64,000 nt of DNA from Saccharofermentanales bacterium. Lineage in GTDB: Bacteria > Bacillota > Clostridia > Saccharofermentanales > DTU023. The notes beneath the pieces are model-generated. The model saw nothing but the letters and a program-made list of their open reading frames with translations. It was not told where the DNA came from and searched no databases. The position numbers and the translations under genes were made by a program. The stretch lies in contig JBMNJZ010000001.1 in assembly GCA_050951925.1 (NCBI GenBank), forward strand, positions 1,491,015 to 1,555,014. The letters run 5' to 3'. Shown here piece by piece: positions 1-9,036 of the stretch (position 1 is its first letter; each line of letters opens with the position of its first letter).

Positions 1-159
1 GCCGGAAATCAATAAGACTTATAATCAGTATTGTTGCAACTCCCCGTCAAAGTGGCGCTACAATTCTGTTGATAAATGATAAAGAGTATGCATATTTTAA
101 AACTAAAAGAGTAATATTGGACAATCTGGCTTAGGATAAATAAACAGAAGTAGAATAAA

Positions 160-1128
160 ATGATTTTCACTTGGAAGTGCAAGGATGTAGATGATCAGAA
201 AACCGTCCGTCAAATTTTAACTCAGGCCGGCTTCTCTAACAGATTGCTGAAAAAAATCCGACGATTGGGCAGTATCACCAGCAACGGCCGTTCCCTGCGC
301 CTGATTGACCGCATAAGCTCAGGAGAAATTCTGTTGATTATCTTGCCCGAACCCCAGGATCAAACTGCCTTACGACAAGACCCTGAATTAGATATTATCT
401 ATCTTGACGACTGGTATGTCGCCATCAATAAAAAACCTGGTCAGGTCATTCATCCGACGGCAACTCATAATACAGGAACCATTACTGATCGCCTTTCAGC
501 TACTCCCTTACATCCAATCCTCAGACTTGACCGTGAAACAAGCGGTGTGATTCTGATCGCCAGAATGGCCTTTGCACATCATTTTACATCAACCAGAAGA
601 ATGAAAAAAATTTATCTTGGCCTGGTGCATGGTCGTTTTTCCCCTTCTCACGGCACTCTCACCGGATCTGTCAAACGCAGTGAAGATAGCTTTATGCGAC
701 GAGTAATCAGTCCTGACGGTAAGGAAGCCGTCACTCTTTATCGAGAGATTGCCTACTCATCTGATGCCAATGTTTCATTGGTGTACTTTGAACTGTTAAC
801 CGGGCGTACTCATCAGATCAGACTGCATTGCTTATGGCATGCTCATCCTCTGGTTGGTGACACTATGTACGGCCTACAGCAATTAAAACAAATTACTGCT
901 GAGCAGGACTATGTAAGACCGGATCTTCTGCCGGAAGCATTGGTTCTGTGCCGGCCGGAGCAGATGATCCCGGATAATATGGTAAATCGCCATGCTCTGC
1001 ATGCTTCTCATCTGGAGTTCGAGCATGTCGCTTCCCGCCAAACTATCACCATCAATGCGGATCTAACACCTGATCTAAATAATTTGTTCAAACAACTAAA
1101 TATTGCCACTGCCATCAACTGCAACTAA
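160..1128 (+). CDS. RluA/RluD-family rRNA pseudouridine synthase
   Basis: 322-aa ORF. It has the catalytic motif LRLDRETSGVILIAR (HRLD..TSG type), THQIRLH and GDTMYG motifs, and an S4-like N-terminal segment. Confidence 0.85.
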   Translation: MIFTWKCKDVDDQKTVRQILTQAGFSNRLLKKIRRLGSITSNGRSLRLIDRISSGEILLIILPEPQDQTALRQDPELDIIYLDDWYVAINKKPGQVIHPTATHNTGTITDRLSATPLHPILRLDRETSGVILIARMAFAHHFTSTRRMKKIYLGLVHGRFSPSHGTLTGSVKRSEDSFMRRVISPDGKEAVTLYREIAYSSDANVSLVYFELLTGRTHQIRLHCLWHAHPLVGDTMYGLQQLKQITAEQDYVRPDLLPEALVLCRPEQMIPDNMVNRHALHASHLEFEHVASRQTITINADLTPDLNNLFKQLNIATAINCN

Positions 1129-1931
1129 GCCCCGAACGGTGTGTAAAGCAATTCCCTGATTTGTTGTTTAAGCCCGGGGTCTTGACGATATCTGATCTGG
1201 AATTCTGATCCCGCTGCACACTTAGTTTCGTTATGTTCTCCCGATATTGGAACCACAGAATCTATCAGATTGATCGGCGCGTGGAGAGCGGCCGGACGGT
1301 TAGAAGACAGAACATGAATCGTGTCAGCTAAAGCTATAGCTTCTTCAACATCATGAGTTATTAATAAAATAGTCAGCTTCAGTTCATTATGGATATTTTT
1401 AAGCCATTTCTGCATATTCTCTCTAGTAATCGCATCAATACCGGCGAAAGGTTCATCAAGCAGCATTATTGTGCCAGCGTGCAGATAGGTTCGCAATAAC
1501 GCAGCCCGTTGTCTTTCTCCGCCAGACAGTTGAGCCGGCCAGCTTCTTTCCAGCCCCTTCAGCCCAAAAGCGGGCAGATGAAGCAAAACTCTCTGCTCAG
1601 CCTCCCGACGTGCAATACCACGGATAATTAGCGGCAGCGAAATATTGTCAATAATGCGTTTCCAGGGCAAAAGCAAATCTTTCTGCATCATATACCCTAT
1701 AGTTTCATTCACTTCAACTAAACCAAGATCCGGTTGATCAAGGCCCGCCAGTATATTAAACAAAGTTGTCTTGCCACTTCCGGACAAGCCCAGTACAGCG
1801 GCAAATTCGCCTCGCTTCAGTTCCAGGTTTATATCCCGCAAAACCCACGAATCATGCTTAAAGGCTCGTCCCAGTCCCGTGGCTCTCAATACAATATTTT
1901 GTTCTCGATTGTGATTACGGTAAATAGTCAT
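1125..1931 (-). CDS. ABC transporter ATP-binding protein (NitT/TauT-type, thiamine-precursor importer candidate)
   Basis: Walker A GLSGSGKTT, ABC signature LSGGERQRAALLR and Walker B MLLDEPF. Last gene of a three-gene operon under a TPP riboswitch. Confidence 0.85.
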   Translation of the reverse strand: MTIYRNHNREQNIVLRATGLGRAFKHDSWVLRDINLELKRGEFAAVLGLSGSGKTTLFNILAGLDQPDLGLVEVNETIGYMMQKDLLLPWKRIIDNISLPLIIRGIARREAEQRVLLHLPAFGLKGLERSWPAQLSGGERQRAALLRTYLHAGTIMLLDEPFAGIDAITRENMQKWLKNIHNELKLTILLITHDVEEAIALADTIHVLSSNRPAALHAPINLIDSVVPISGEHNETKCAAGSEFQIRYRQDPGLKQQIRELLYTPFGA

Positions 1932-3039
1932 TTGTAAATGCCTGCGCCGGGTCTAAATCACTTTCCAGCACTCCATGTTCCAGCATCCAGTCTTTGAATT
2001 CAGACCATTTCTCAAATTTCATTGTGCCCCAGATAGATGCACCATCAACATACTTCGTACTTAGCCACTTTTGGCTCGCTGATACTAGTTCTCTGTCAAG
2101 TTCGGGCGCCATCTCCAGAACAGCTTCCACCGCTTTATCAGGATTCTCAATTGCAAGGGAATAGCCCTTGGCCGTCGCCCGCAGGAAGCGTCTGATCAGC
2201 TCCGGATTATTTTTAATTACAGTTTCATTGGTAATTATTGTCGGCGAATAAAAGTCCAGCCGAGAATCAATATCCTGCAGAAGAATAAAATTGATGGGGT
2301 AGTCCTGTAATTCACAATTAATACCATCCCAACCCCAATAAATCCAGGCAAAGTCAGCTTCAGACTCCATCGCGGCGATATAATTGTTTGCCGACTGATT
2401 GATAATATTTATTTTGGCAAAATCGGCCTTATCTTTTGCCATCAAAGTCTTAATAAAAGCCAGCTCTAATTCTGTGCCCCAGCCGCTGTAGGTTTTATTC
2501 TCAAAATCATGAGGAGTTTTAATCCCTCTTCCCACCGGAGAAGCAAACCCGGAAGTATTACTCTGCAGAATAGCTGCCACTGATACAATCGGGATTTTTG
2601 CCTCTGAAGATCTGGCCTGTAAAACCTGCTCCTGACTGGCAATGCCAAAAGAGGCGCTTCCCGTAGCAACCATCTCAATAAAATTCATATCAGATTCTTG
2701 GAAATCCACATCCAGGCCCTTTTCAGCATAGAAACCCTGCTGTTGTGCAAGAAATAGCCCCGAGTGATTAGTGTTGGGAGTCCAATCCAAGGCAAAAGTA
2801 ATTCTATCCAGTTGCGTACTTGCAAACCCCGTTTCCGTATCATTTCCCAGTACAGCAGACTCATACTCCGGTTCTCGCTTACTAACGGATTCCGTCTGCA
2901 AATAGTCGCTGACACCCTCTAGGTCATGGCTCAATCGAGTATCGAACAGCTGCTGATTATTTTGTCCCTGACAGGAAACAGCAGATACTATCAATACAAA
3001 AGCAATCAATATAGTCCAAATGACTCTTGTGATTTTCAT
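1915..3039 (-). CDS. ABC transporter substrate-binding lipoprotein, NMT1/THI5-like (ThiY-like)
   Basis: Signal/lipobox-like N-terminus (LIVSAVSCQG). Positioned between the permease and the ATPase, with a 4-nt overlap with the permease. The family assignment comes from overall resemblance and the riboswitch context. Confidence 0.7.
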   Translation of the reverse strand: MKITRVIWTILIAFVLIVSAVSCQGQNNQQLFDTRLSHDLEGVSDYLQTESVSKREPEYESAVLGNDTETGFASTQLDRITFALDWTPNTNHSGLFLAQQQGFYAEKGLDVDFQESDMNFIEMVATGSASFGIASQEQVLQARSSEAKIPIVSVAAILQSNTSGFASPVGRGIKTPHDFENKTYSGWGTELELAFIKTLMAKDKADFAKINIINQSANNYIAAMESEADFAWIYWGWDGINCELQDYPINFILLQDIDSRLDFYSPTIITNETVIKNNPELIRRFLRATAKGYSLAIENPDKAVEAVLEMAPELDRELVSASQKWLSTKYVDGASIWGTMKFEKWSEFKDWMLEHGVLESDLDPAQAFTNDYLP

Positions 3040-3815
3040 TCGTCTCTCCTTGAATTAAAGGTTGTTACTTTTCGCCAGGGCATTGCCAGGCGCTCAACAA
3101 CAATTACAAAATAGTAAAATAAAAGACTCATTATTATTATCAAAATGATTGAGGCGAACATGCGATCAAAGTTGTATGATCTCTTTGTCCTCAGCATATA
3201 TATGCCCAGGCCGGACATACCGCCGGACCACTCAGCCAGAACCGCTGCCATCACACAATAAGTGGCAGAAATTCGTATGCCGGAAAACAGATGAACCAGG
3301 CTTGACGGAAACTTTACATGGCGAAGAATTTCCCACTTATTGGCACCAAGAGAACGCATTAAATTAATAAGATCCCTGTCAACAGTTGAAAGGCCCTGTA
3401 GCAGATTGATAGCAACCGGGAAGAAACAGACCAGCAAAACCACAATCAGTCTCGGTACCGCCCCATATCCAAACATCAGGACAATAACAGGGGTAATTAT
3501 CATAGTGGGAATAGTCTGTGTGACAACCAACAAGGGATATAGGGCACGATAAACTAGAGAAAAAGCATCCATTATCAAAGCAATTGCTATTCCCAGAATG
3601 ATGCTTAACATAAAACCCAAGGCCGCAATTGTCAGAGTTTCCCGACAATGATGCCAGAGAATTTCTCTGTATATAATAAGTGCTGAAAATACGGACGCTG
3701 GTGCTGGCAATACGAAAGAGCGAATAATTTTTGCCATAGAAAGAACTTGCAACAAGCCGAGCAATATCGTCACCATAATCAATGTGGGAATAGTTTTTCG
3801 GAACCTGGACCACAT
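3036..3815 (-). CDS. ABC transporter permease (binding-protein-dependent transport, NitT/TauT family)
   Basis: 259-aa polytopic hydrophobic protein. First gene downstream of the TPP riboswitch, and it overlaps the binding-protein gene by 4 nt. Confidence 0.8.
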   Translation of the reverse strand: MWSRFRKTIPTLIMVTILLGLLQVLSMAKIIRSFVLPAPASVFSALIIYREILWHHCRETLTIAALGFMLSIILGIAIALIMDAFSLVYRALYPLLVVTQTIPTMIITPVIVLMFGYGAVPRLIVVLLVCFFPVAINLLQGLSTVDRDLINLMRSLGANKWEILRHVKFPSSLVHLFSGIRISATYCVMAAVLAEWSGGMSGLGIYMLRTKRSYNFDRMFASIILIIIMSLLFYYFVIVVERLAMPWRKVTTFNSRRDE

Positions 3816-3937
3816 TCAACTATGCCATCCTTGATTTAAACAAGATATCAATCTCAATCCACTGCTCACATATCGGCATCCAAGCCAACAGCACGCGCAG
3901 GCTGACTGATAGCAATATCTGAGAAATTATGAACATG

Positions 3938-3962
3938 AAAAAACCTCCTACATGGCGGAGGT
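3938..3962 (-). terminator. Intrinsic terminator, expression platform of the TPP riboswitch
   Basis: The minus strand reads ACCUCC-gccaugua-GGAGGU followed by UUUUUU. The CCUCC arm could alternatively pair with the GGAGG at the 3' end of the aptamer. Confidence 0.55.
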
Positions 3963-3983
3963 CAAGCAAAGATCTTAACTATC

Positions 3984-4064
3984 TGTTCTCCCTCCGCCGG
4001 CATTATCCGGTTCAGGTTCTAGGGTCGACTACAGTCCTCTCAGCTATTAAAGCTCCCCTGAACA
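3984..4064 (-). promoter_or_regulatory. TPP (THI-box) riboswitch aptamer
   Basis: The minus strand reads UGUUC-AGGGGAGCUUUAAUAGCUGAGAGGACUGUAGUCGACCCUAGAACCUGAACCGGAUAAUGCCGGCGGAGGGA-GAACA. It contains the conserved GGGG.GC, CUGAGA, ACCCU..GAACCUGA, GGAUAAUGCC and GCGGAGGGA elements, plus a closing P1 helix UGUUC/GAACA. Confidence 0.85.
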
Positions 4065-4070
4065 ATAATT

Positions 4071-4100
4071 ATTATACTGGAACAGTCCTATTCATTGCAA
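4071..4100 (-). promoter_or_regulatory. Sigma-A type promoter for the riboswitch-controlled operon
   Basis: The minus strand has TTGCAA, an 18-nt spacer, then TATAAT. The -10 box ends 6 nt before P1, which starts 11 nt before the CAGGGGAGC core. Confidence 0.5.
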
Positions 4101-4237
4101 GCACGCGGGACAGCATATATCTATTATGCTTTTTTCGAAGGCACTTTGGGTCGTCCCGGATCAACTTGGCCATCCTAAGCAACGAAATTGACTTTGAACG
4201 GATAAGCATTCACATCTAGTTTATGTCGTAAATCCTG

Positions 4238-5146
4238 TTATTGCTCCATATCCAAGAGTCGTGATTCAATAACCCGATCCGTACTGAAGTTTTCCAATTG
4301 CAAATAGTAACTAGCAACATCAATAAGAGCTTCCAAAGGGGATAGACCTACTATTTCACTACCCACCACAGCAACACCATAGCGTCTCGCTTCAGAGCGG
4401 ATCAGCTCCATAACCTGATACAAGCTACTTTTAGTATAATCAGTCAAATTCATCGAAACCTGGACAATATTTCTTTGCTTGAGAGCAACTCCCATAGCTT
4501 TGACAAAACGAAGTCCTCCGCCTATATATCGCACTTTTCGAGCAATTTCATCAGCAATCTTCAATTCTGAAGTACCTAAATTAATATTGTAGGCAATTAA
4601 GGGCTCCCTGGCACCTATAGCAGTTACACCTGCTGTTTCATGCGGCCGGGCAGGTCCAAAATCAGGTTTCCAGACATCGGCTAACATTTTTTCTTTCATA
4701 CCCTCAAATTCACCTTTGCGAATTTTGGCCAAATTTTCTCTCTCCGGACTGGTTGCCGATTTCCCATAGAGGAAAACCGGTATCTTGTAATCTGCAGCGA
4801 CAATTTCTGCAACCTCACGTGCAAGCTTAATACAAATTCCCATATCTGAGTTTCTGATCGGCACAAAAGGACAGACATCAGTGGCTCCCATTCTGGGATG
4901 AGCACCACGATGAACTCTAAGATCTATTTCCTGCTGAGCAAGGCCAATCACGCAAGGAACAGCGCGTTTAAGTCCCTCATAGCTTCCGATAACAGTAACA
5001 ACAGCCCGATTGTGATCAGCGTCAAGATGGCAGTCTAAGACTCTAATATGTTCATCCTGATAGAAAGGAGCAATTATTCTCTGCAATTTTACAGAGTCCT
5101 TCCCCTCACTAAAGTTGGGAATACACTCAATCACCTGCGAAAACAT
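4238..5146 (-). CDS. Glutamate (or glycine) formimidoyltransferase, FTCD N-terminal type
   Basis: The N-terminus MFSQVIECIPNFSEGKD is typical of formiminotransferases. The 302-aa length matches the two-subdomain transferase without a cyclodeaminase domain. Confidence 0.85.
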   Translation of the reverse strand: MFSQVIECIPNFSEGKDSVKLQRIIAPFYQDEHIRVLDCHLDADHNRAVVTVIGSYEGLKRAVPCVIGLAQQEIDLRVHRGAHPRMGATDVCPFVPIRNSDMGICIKLAREVAEIVAADYKIPVFLYGKSATSPERENLAKIRKGEFEGMKEKMLADVWKPDFGPARPHETAGVTAIGAREPLIAYNINLGTSELKIADEIARKVRYIGGGLRFVKAMGVALKQRNIVQVSMNLTDYTKSSLYQVMELIRSEARRYGVAVVGSEIVGLSPLEALIDVASYYLQLENFSTDRVIESRLLDMEQ

Positions 5147-5279
5147 ATTGTCCCTCCATCATTAGCTTCAATCTGCTGCTTTCGTTATCTGTCGCATTTC
5201 CTAACAAAAACCGGAGTCTGAAATCATTCATTCGAGCTTATTAATTATTATTAATAGCTAGATAATTTTAATTAACGGC

Positions 5280-5981
5280 TCAAACCAGGGAAAGAGCTAT
5301 CTGCATCATTTTCGCAAAACCCACTTCTCTCTCTTTGGCAGTAGTCTGTTCTCCCGTAGCTATATTGTCAGAAACTGTAAGTATTGCCAGCGCCTCAGCA
5401 TCCGCAAAGGCTGCATTACAATATAAAGCATATGCTTCCATTTCAACCGCTATCACCTGCATCGCCGCCCAACGTTGCCAGTCGGAACTATCCCGATTGT
5501 AAAAAATATCGGAACTAAGAACATTCCCCACCATAACATCGATCCCCTGCTGTTGACAGAAAGAGTATGCCTTAAAGAGCAAATCCCAGTTGGCCAGTGC
5601 CGAAAATGTACCCGGCAAATTAAAATTTTTGGCAAAATTGGAGTCAGTACAAGCTCCCTGCACTAAAACAATATCATAGAGTTTTAGATCAGAAATATAT
5701 GCGCCACAGGAGCCAACCCTGATCAGCCTCTTTACTCCATAGTTGTGAATCAGCTCATGCGTATAAATGGCATGCGAGGGAATCCCCATCCCGGTTCCCA
5801 TTACAGAAACTCTTTTGCCCCCATACTCACCGGTATATCCCAACATATTGCGAACTCGATTAAAGCATCTTGGCTTTTCGAAAAAATTATCCGCAATAAA
5901 TTGAGCACGTAAAGGATCGCCCGGCAACAGTATTGTATCTGCAATATCACCTTTTCTAGCCTCAATATGTGGCGTACTCAT
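5280..5981 (-). CDS. deoD: Purine nucleoside phosphorylase, DeoD type
   Basis: 233 aa. N-terminus MSTPHIEARKGDIADTILLPGDPLRA, plus the GMGIPS and VEMEA motifs typical of hexameric PNP. Confidence 0.9.
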   Translation of the reverse strand: MSTPHIEARKGDIADTILLPGDPLRAQFIADNFFEKPRCFNRVRNMLGYTGEYGGKRVSVMGTGMGIPSHAIYTHELIHNYGVKRLIRVGSCGAYISDLKLYDIVLVQGACTDSNFAKNFNLPGTFSALANWDLLFKAYSFCQQQGIDVMVGNVLSSDIFYNRDSSDWQRWAAMQVIAVEMEAYALYCNAAFADAEALAILTVSDNIATGEQTTAKEREVGFAKMMQIALSLV

Positions 5982-6001
5982 TTCAAATCCTCCTCAGTTT
6001 T

Positions 6002-7681
6002 TCAATGCCTGCTCAACAGTTGTCCCGCCAATTTACGGCTAACAGGATCACTAGGCTGGCCGGATAGAAGGCGCGATATCTCAGCAATTCTTTGCTCCGC
6101 CTCTAATATTTGCAATTTGGTGCTCGTCCTACCGGAATGCACATTCTTGCTAATCAGATAATGTGTATCAGCTCTGGCGGCTATCTGCGCACTATGGGTT
6201 ACGCACAAAACCTGACATGATTCGGCGATTGTTTTAAGTTTCTGGGCAATACTATCAGTTGTTTTCCCCGATATGCCGGAATCAATCTCATCAAAAATCA
6301 GTACAGGTATCTTATCTACAGACGCTAACACTGTTTTAATTGCCAGCAGGACGCGCGAAGCTTCGCCGCCGGAAGCAATCTGCGCCAACGGCTTAAGCGG
6401 TTCGCCCAGATTGGGTGAGATCATAAATGAAACATTGTCAGTACCCTTGTCAGGCCACCTGCTTGCCAAATTATTGTCTCGGTCTGTTAACTCAACTTTG
6501 GTAACAAATTGAACATGGGGCATATCCAAATCAAGCAGCTCATTTTTAATTGCCGCATCAAGTTTTTTTGCCTGCATTGATCTCACATTATGCAGTTGCT
6601 CCGCAATCTCTTTTAACTCTATATCCAACTGCAGCTGTTTCTCTTTAAGTTTTCTGAAATCTTCTGCACTGGCTTCAAGCCTCTTAATCTCATCTTCCAC
6701 TCTGGAGGCAAAAGCAAGTATCTCCATTTCATCGGAACCATACTTCCGCTTCAGTTCATTGATCAGATCAATTCTGTCTTGGATCAGTAATAATTCCCTG
6801 GAATCCACATCAAGTCGTCTAGCGTAATCCAGAAGCTCAGCTTTGATTTCAGCCATCTCTGATGTCAAATTAAGCAAACGTTCTCGGGAAGCTTTCAGCT
6901 TTTGGCTATAATAGGCAGAATAGTCCAAAGTTTCCAATGCTCTTTGCAGCAAAGAGCCAACAGCCTGTTCATCATCCTGTCCGAGAATATGATGAACTGT
7001 TTCCAAGTCATGCAGGATGCGTTCTTTTGCCCCCAATACTCTGGCACGTTGTTTAAGGATATCTTCCTCGCCTGCTTTGACATCGGCAGTACGAATTTCA
7101 TTGCTTTGATAATGCAATATTTCCAGTTGCCTGGCGCGCTCTTGGGGATTATTGCCGAGAGTATCTATAGCTTCAACCGTCATTAGCCATTGCTTGCGCA
7201 GTGACTCATAGGTCGCCAATAATGGCTCAATATCAGCTTTGCCATAAGCATCCAGCAACTCCAGATGTTCTTTTTCACGAAAAATAATCTGGTTATCATA
7301 TTGGCCATGTATAGAAATTAGTCGCTCCCCTATTTGTTTAAGATCGGAAAGCTTAACAATATGGCCATTCAGCCTGCACTCGGAACCACCCTGGGCAAAA
7401 ATTATCCGCGACAGAAGCACTTGGTCACAATCAGATATGATATCTTCGTCACCTGTTGCGCCGTGTTTTATCATTATCGCTTCAATTTTAGCTTGTTCAG
7501 ATCCGGTCCTCACAAATTCCCGGCTTGCCCTTTGGCCTGTTAAAGCCCCAATTGCATCGATGAGAATAGATTTTCCCGCACCGGTCTCACCGCTGATAAC
7601 AGTTAGCCCGGGACCAGGAGATAAGATTACATGTTCTATCAGGGCAAAGTTCGTAATCTCTACCCGGGACAGCACGCTCAA
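6002..7681 (-). CDS. recN: DNA repair protein RecN
   Basis: 559 aa. Walker A GETGAGKS, a long coiled-coil middle section, C-terminal SGGE signature and FDEIDSGISG Walker B. Confidence 0.92.
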   Translation of the reverse strand: MSVLSRVEITNFALIEHVILSPGPGLTVISGETGAGKSILIDAIGALTGQRASREFVRTGSEQAKIEAIMIKHGATGDEDIISDCDQVLLSRIIFAQGGSECRLNGHIVKLSDLKQIGERLISIHGQYDNQIIFREKEHLELLDAYGKADIEPLLATYESLRKQWLMTVEAIDTLGNNPQERARQLEILHYQSNEIRTADVKAGEEDILKQRARVLGAKERILHDLETVHHILGQDDEQAVGSLLQRALETLDYSAYYSQKLKASRERLLNLTSEMAEIKAELLDYARRLDVDSRELLLIQDRIDLINELKRKYGSDEMEILAFASRVEDEIKRLEASAEDFRKLKEKQLQLDIELKEIAEQLHNVRSMQAKKLDAAIKNELLDLDMPHVQFVTKVELTDRDNNLASRWPDKGTDNVSFMISPNLGEPLKPLAQIASGGEASRVLLAIKTVLASVDKIPVLIFDEIDSGISGKTTDSIAQKLKTIAESCQVLCVTHSAQIAARADTHYLISKNVHSGRTSTKLQILEAEQRIAEISRLLSGQPSDPVSRKLAGQLLSRH

Positions 7682-8175
7682 TTCTCCTCGAAAAAGATTT
7701 GACCCATTTGGGGATCAGATTGCGACAGAGCAATCAACTTGGAACGAAGTTCCTGTGCTTTAGCATCTGAAGCAGTAGCAAGAAAAACTGTATCATCGCC
7801 GGCCAATGAGCCTAACAGATCACTGAGATGCATCGAATCCAAAGCAGAAGCGGCAGCTTGAGCCATGCCTGGCAAAGTTTTGATGATAACAAAGTTTACA
7901 GCTACTTCGATTATAATCACAGCTTCGGAAAAAACTTTCATCAGGCGTCCTGAAGCCACTTCTCCGCTCCGATCCATAGGTACGTATTTCTGTTTCCCTT
8001 CCCCTGTTGAAACTTTAACGATACCCAATTCTTTAATATCTCGTGATATTGTTGCTTGCGTAACTTCCATGCCGGTTTTACGCAGCACTTCGACCAGTTC
8101 TTCTTGAGTCTCAATGGATCGTTCACGAATAATCTGTAGAATTCGTGATTGTCTCTGACTCTTTGAAGGTTTCAT
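7678..8175 (-). CDS. argR: Arginine repressor ArgR/AhrC
   Basis: 165 aa. Winged-helix N-terminus (RQSRILQIIRE..IETQEELV..L...G..VTQATISRDIKELG) and a C-terminal GTLAGDDT-like oligomerisation motif (GSLAGDDTVFL). Confidence 0.9.
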   Translation of the reverse strand: MKPSKSQRQSRILQIIRERSIETQEELVEVLRKTGMEVTQATISRDIKELGIVKVSTGEGKQKYVPMDRSGEVASGRLMKVFSEAVIIIEVAVNFVIIKTLPGMAQAAASALDSMHLSDLLGSLAGDDTVFLATASDAKAQELRSKLIALSQSDPQMGQIFFEEN

Positions 8176-9026
8176 TGACTAATCCCCCTTTTCTGAATCT
8201 TAATTGGCAATGTTTCATAAAAATTATCTTCGCCAAAAATAATATAGGGTAGAAATTTGTCTGAGAGATATATATCAACATATCCACCCCATTGCAACGG
8301 GACAATGACTCTGCCATCAACAGATACTGTCGCTGTTCTTGAATGCTCAACTAATTGTAAGCGTACCGTACTATTTCTATCAGTGATATATGATCGGTTG
8401 TGCAGTGTATGCGGACAGATTGGCGTGATAAGCATAATATCAAGGCCGGGATGCACAATCGGGCCGCCGCAGGACAAAGAATAAGCCGTAGACCCCGTTG
8501 CCGTAGCTACGATCACACCATCACCGGGTATCATCTCTACTTTGCTATCATTAATATAAAGATCAACTTTAATAATATTTGACGATACGCCTCGATTCAG
8601 AATAACATCGTTTAGTGCTTGCGCCCGCGCATGAACCTTACCTGCAAGATCATAGCACTCAGCACAAAACATTGCTCTTTGAATAATTTGAAAATTACCG
8701 GAAAAGAGATCGCTGACCTTAGTCTCGATCTCTTCAGGCAATATTTCCTGCAGAAATCCTACTGAACCAAGATTCACACCAATTCTGGGAACTTGCTCCA
8801 GACCGGGAACCCCCATTGAGCTTAAAAAAGTACCATCACCTCCCAAGCTGACAACAAAGTCAGTTTTATCAGGTATCCCCCACTGTAAATTCCCATATTG
8901 GAACTGCTCCAAACCATGAGTTGAGATCCAGGCAGTTCCGCCATTGCTCTCTATAGCATCAATCAGACGCAGGGTATATTTCAAATCAGGATCACGACTT
9001 ACATTCGGATAGAGAGCAAAATGCAT
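8172..9026 (-). CDS. nadK: NAD+ kinase
   Basis: 284 aa with the GGDGT motif (SLGGDGTFL) and the TGSTAYSLS motif. Confidence 0.9.
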   Translation of the reverse strand: MHFALYPNVSRDPDLKYTLRLIDAIESNGGTAWISTHGLEQFQYGNLQWGIPDKTDFVVSLGGDGTFLSSMGVPGLEQVPRIGVNLGSVGFLQEILPEEIETKVSDLFSGNFQIIQRAMFCAECYDLAGKVHARAQALNDVILNRGVSSNIIKVDLYINDSKVEMIPGDGVIVATATGSTAYSLSCGGPIVHPGLDIMLITPICPHTLHNRSYITDRNSTVRLQLVEHSRTATVSVDGRVIVPLQWGGYVDIYLSDKFLPYIIFGEDNFYETLPIKIQKRGISQ

Positions 9027-9036
9027 TGCATATCAC

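Noticed and set aside
3379-3819. A 146-aa minus-strand ORF in an alternative frame of the ABC permease gene, together with similar 60-110-aa shadow ORFs throughout the ORF track.
   Set aside because: These ORFs are nested in or antisense to genes with clear family motifs. Their translations are compositionally odd and they have no independent signals.
4113-4140. An AT-rich hairpin AGCATA-tatctat-TATGCT followed by T6 on the plus strand, which looks like a terminator.
   Set aside because: No plus-strand gene ends upstream of it, the stem is weak (6 bp, mostly A/T), and on the minus strand the U-run is on the wrong side. It is probably incidental sequence between the ftcD-like gene and the riboswitch promoter.
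3929-4219. A 96-aa plus-strand ORF between the thiamine-transporter operon and the formimidoyltransferase gene.
   Set aside because: It covers the TPP riboswitch, its terminator and its promoter on the opposite strand. It has no Shine-Dalgarno sequence and no recognisable protein features.
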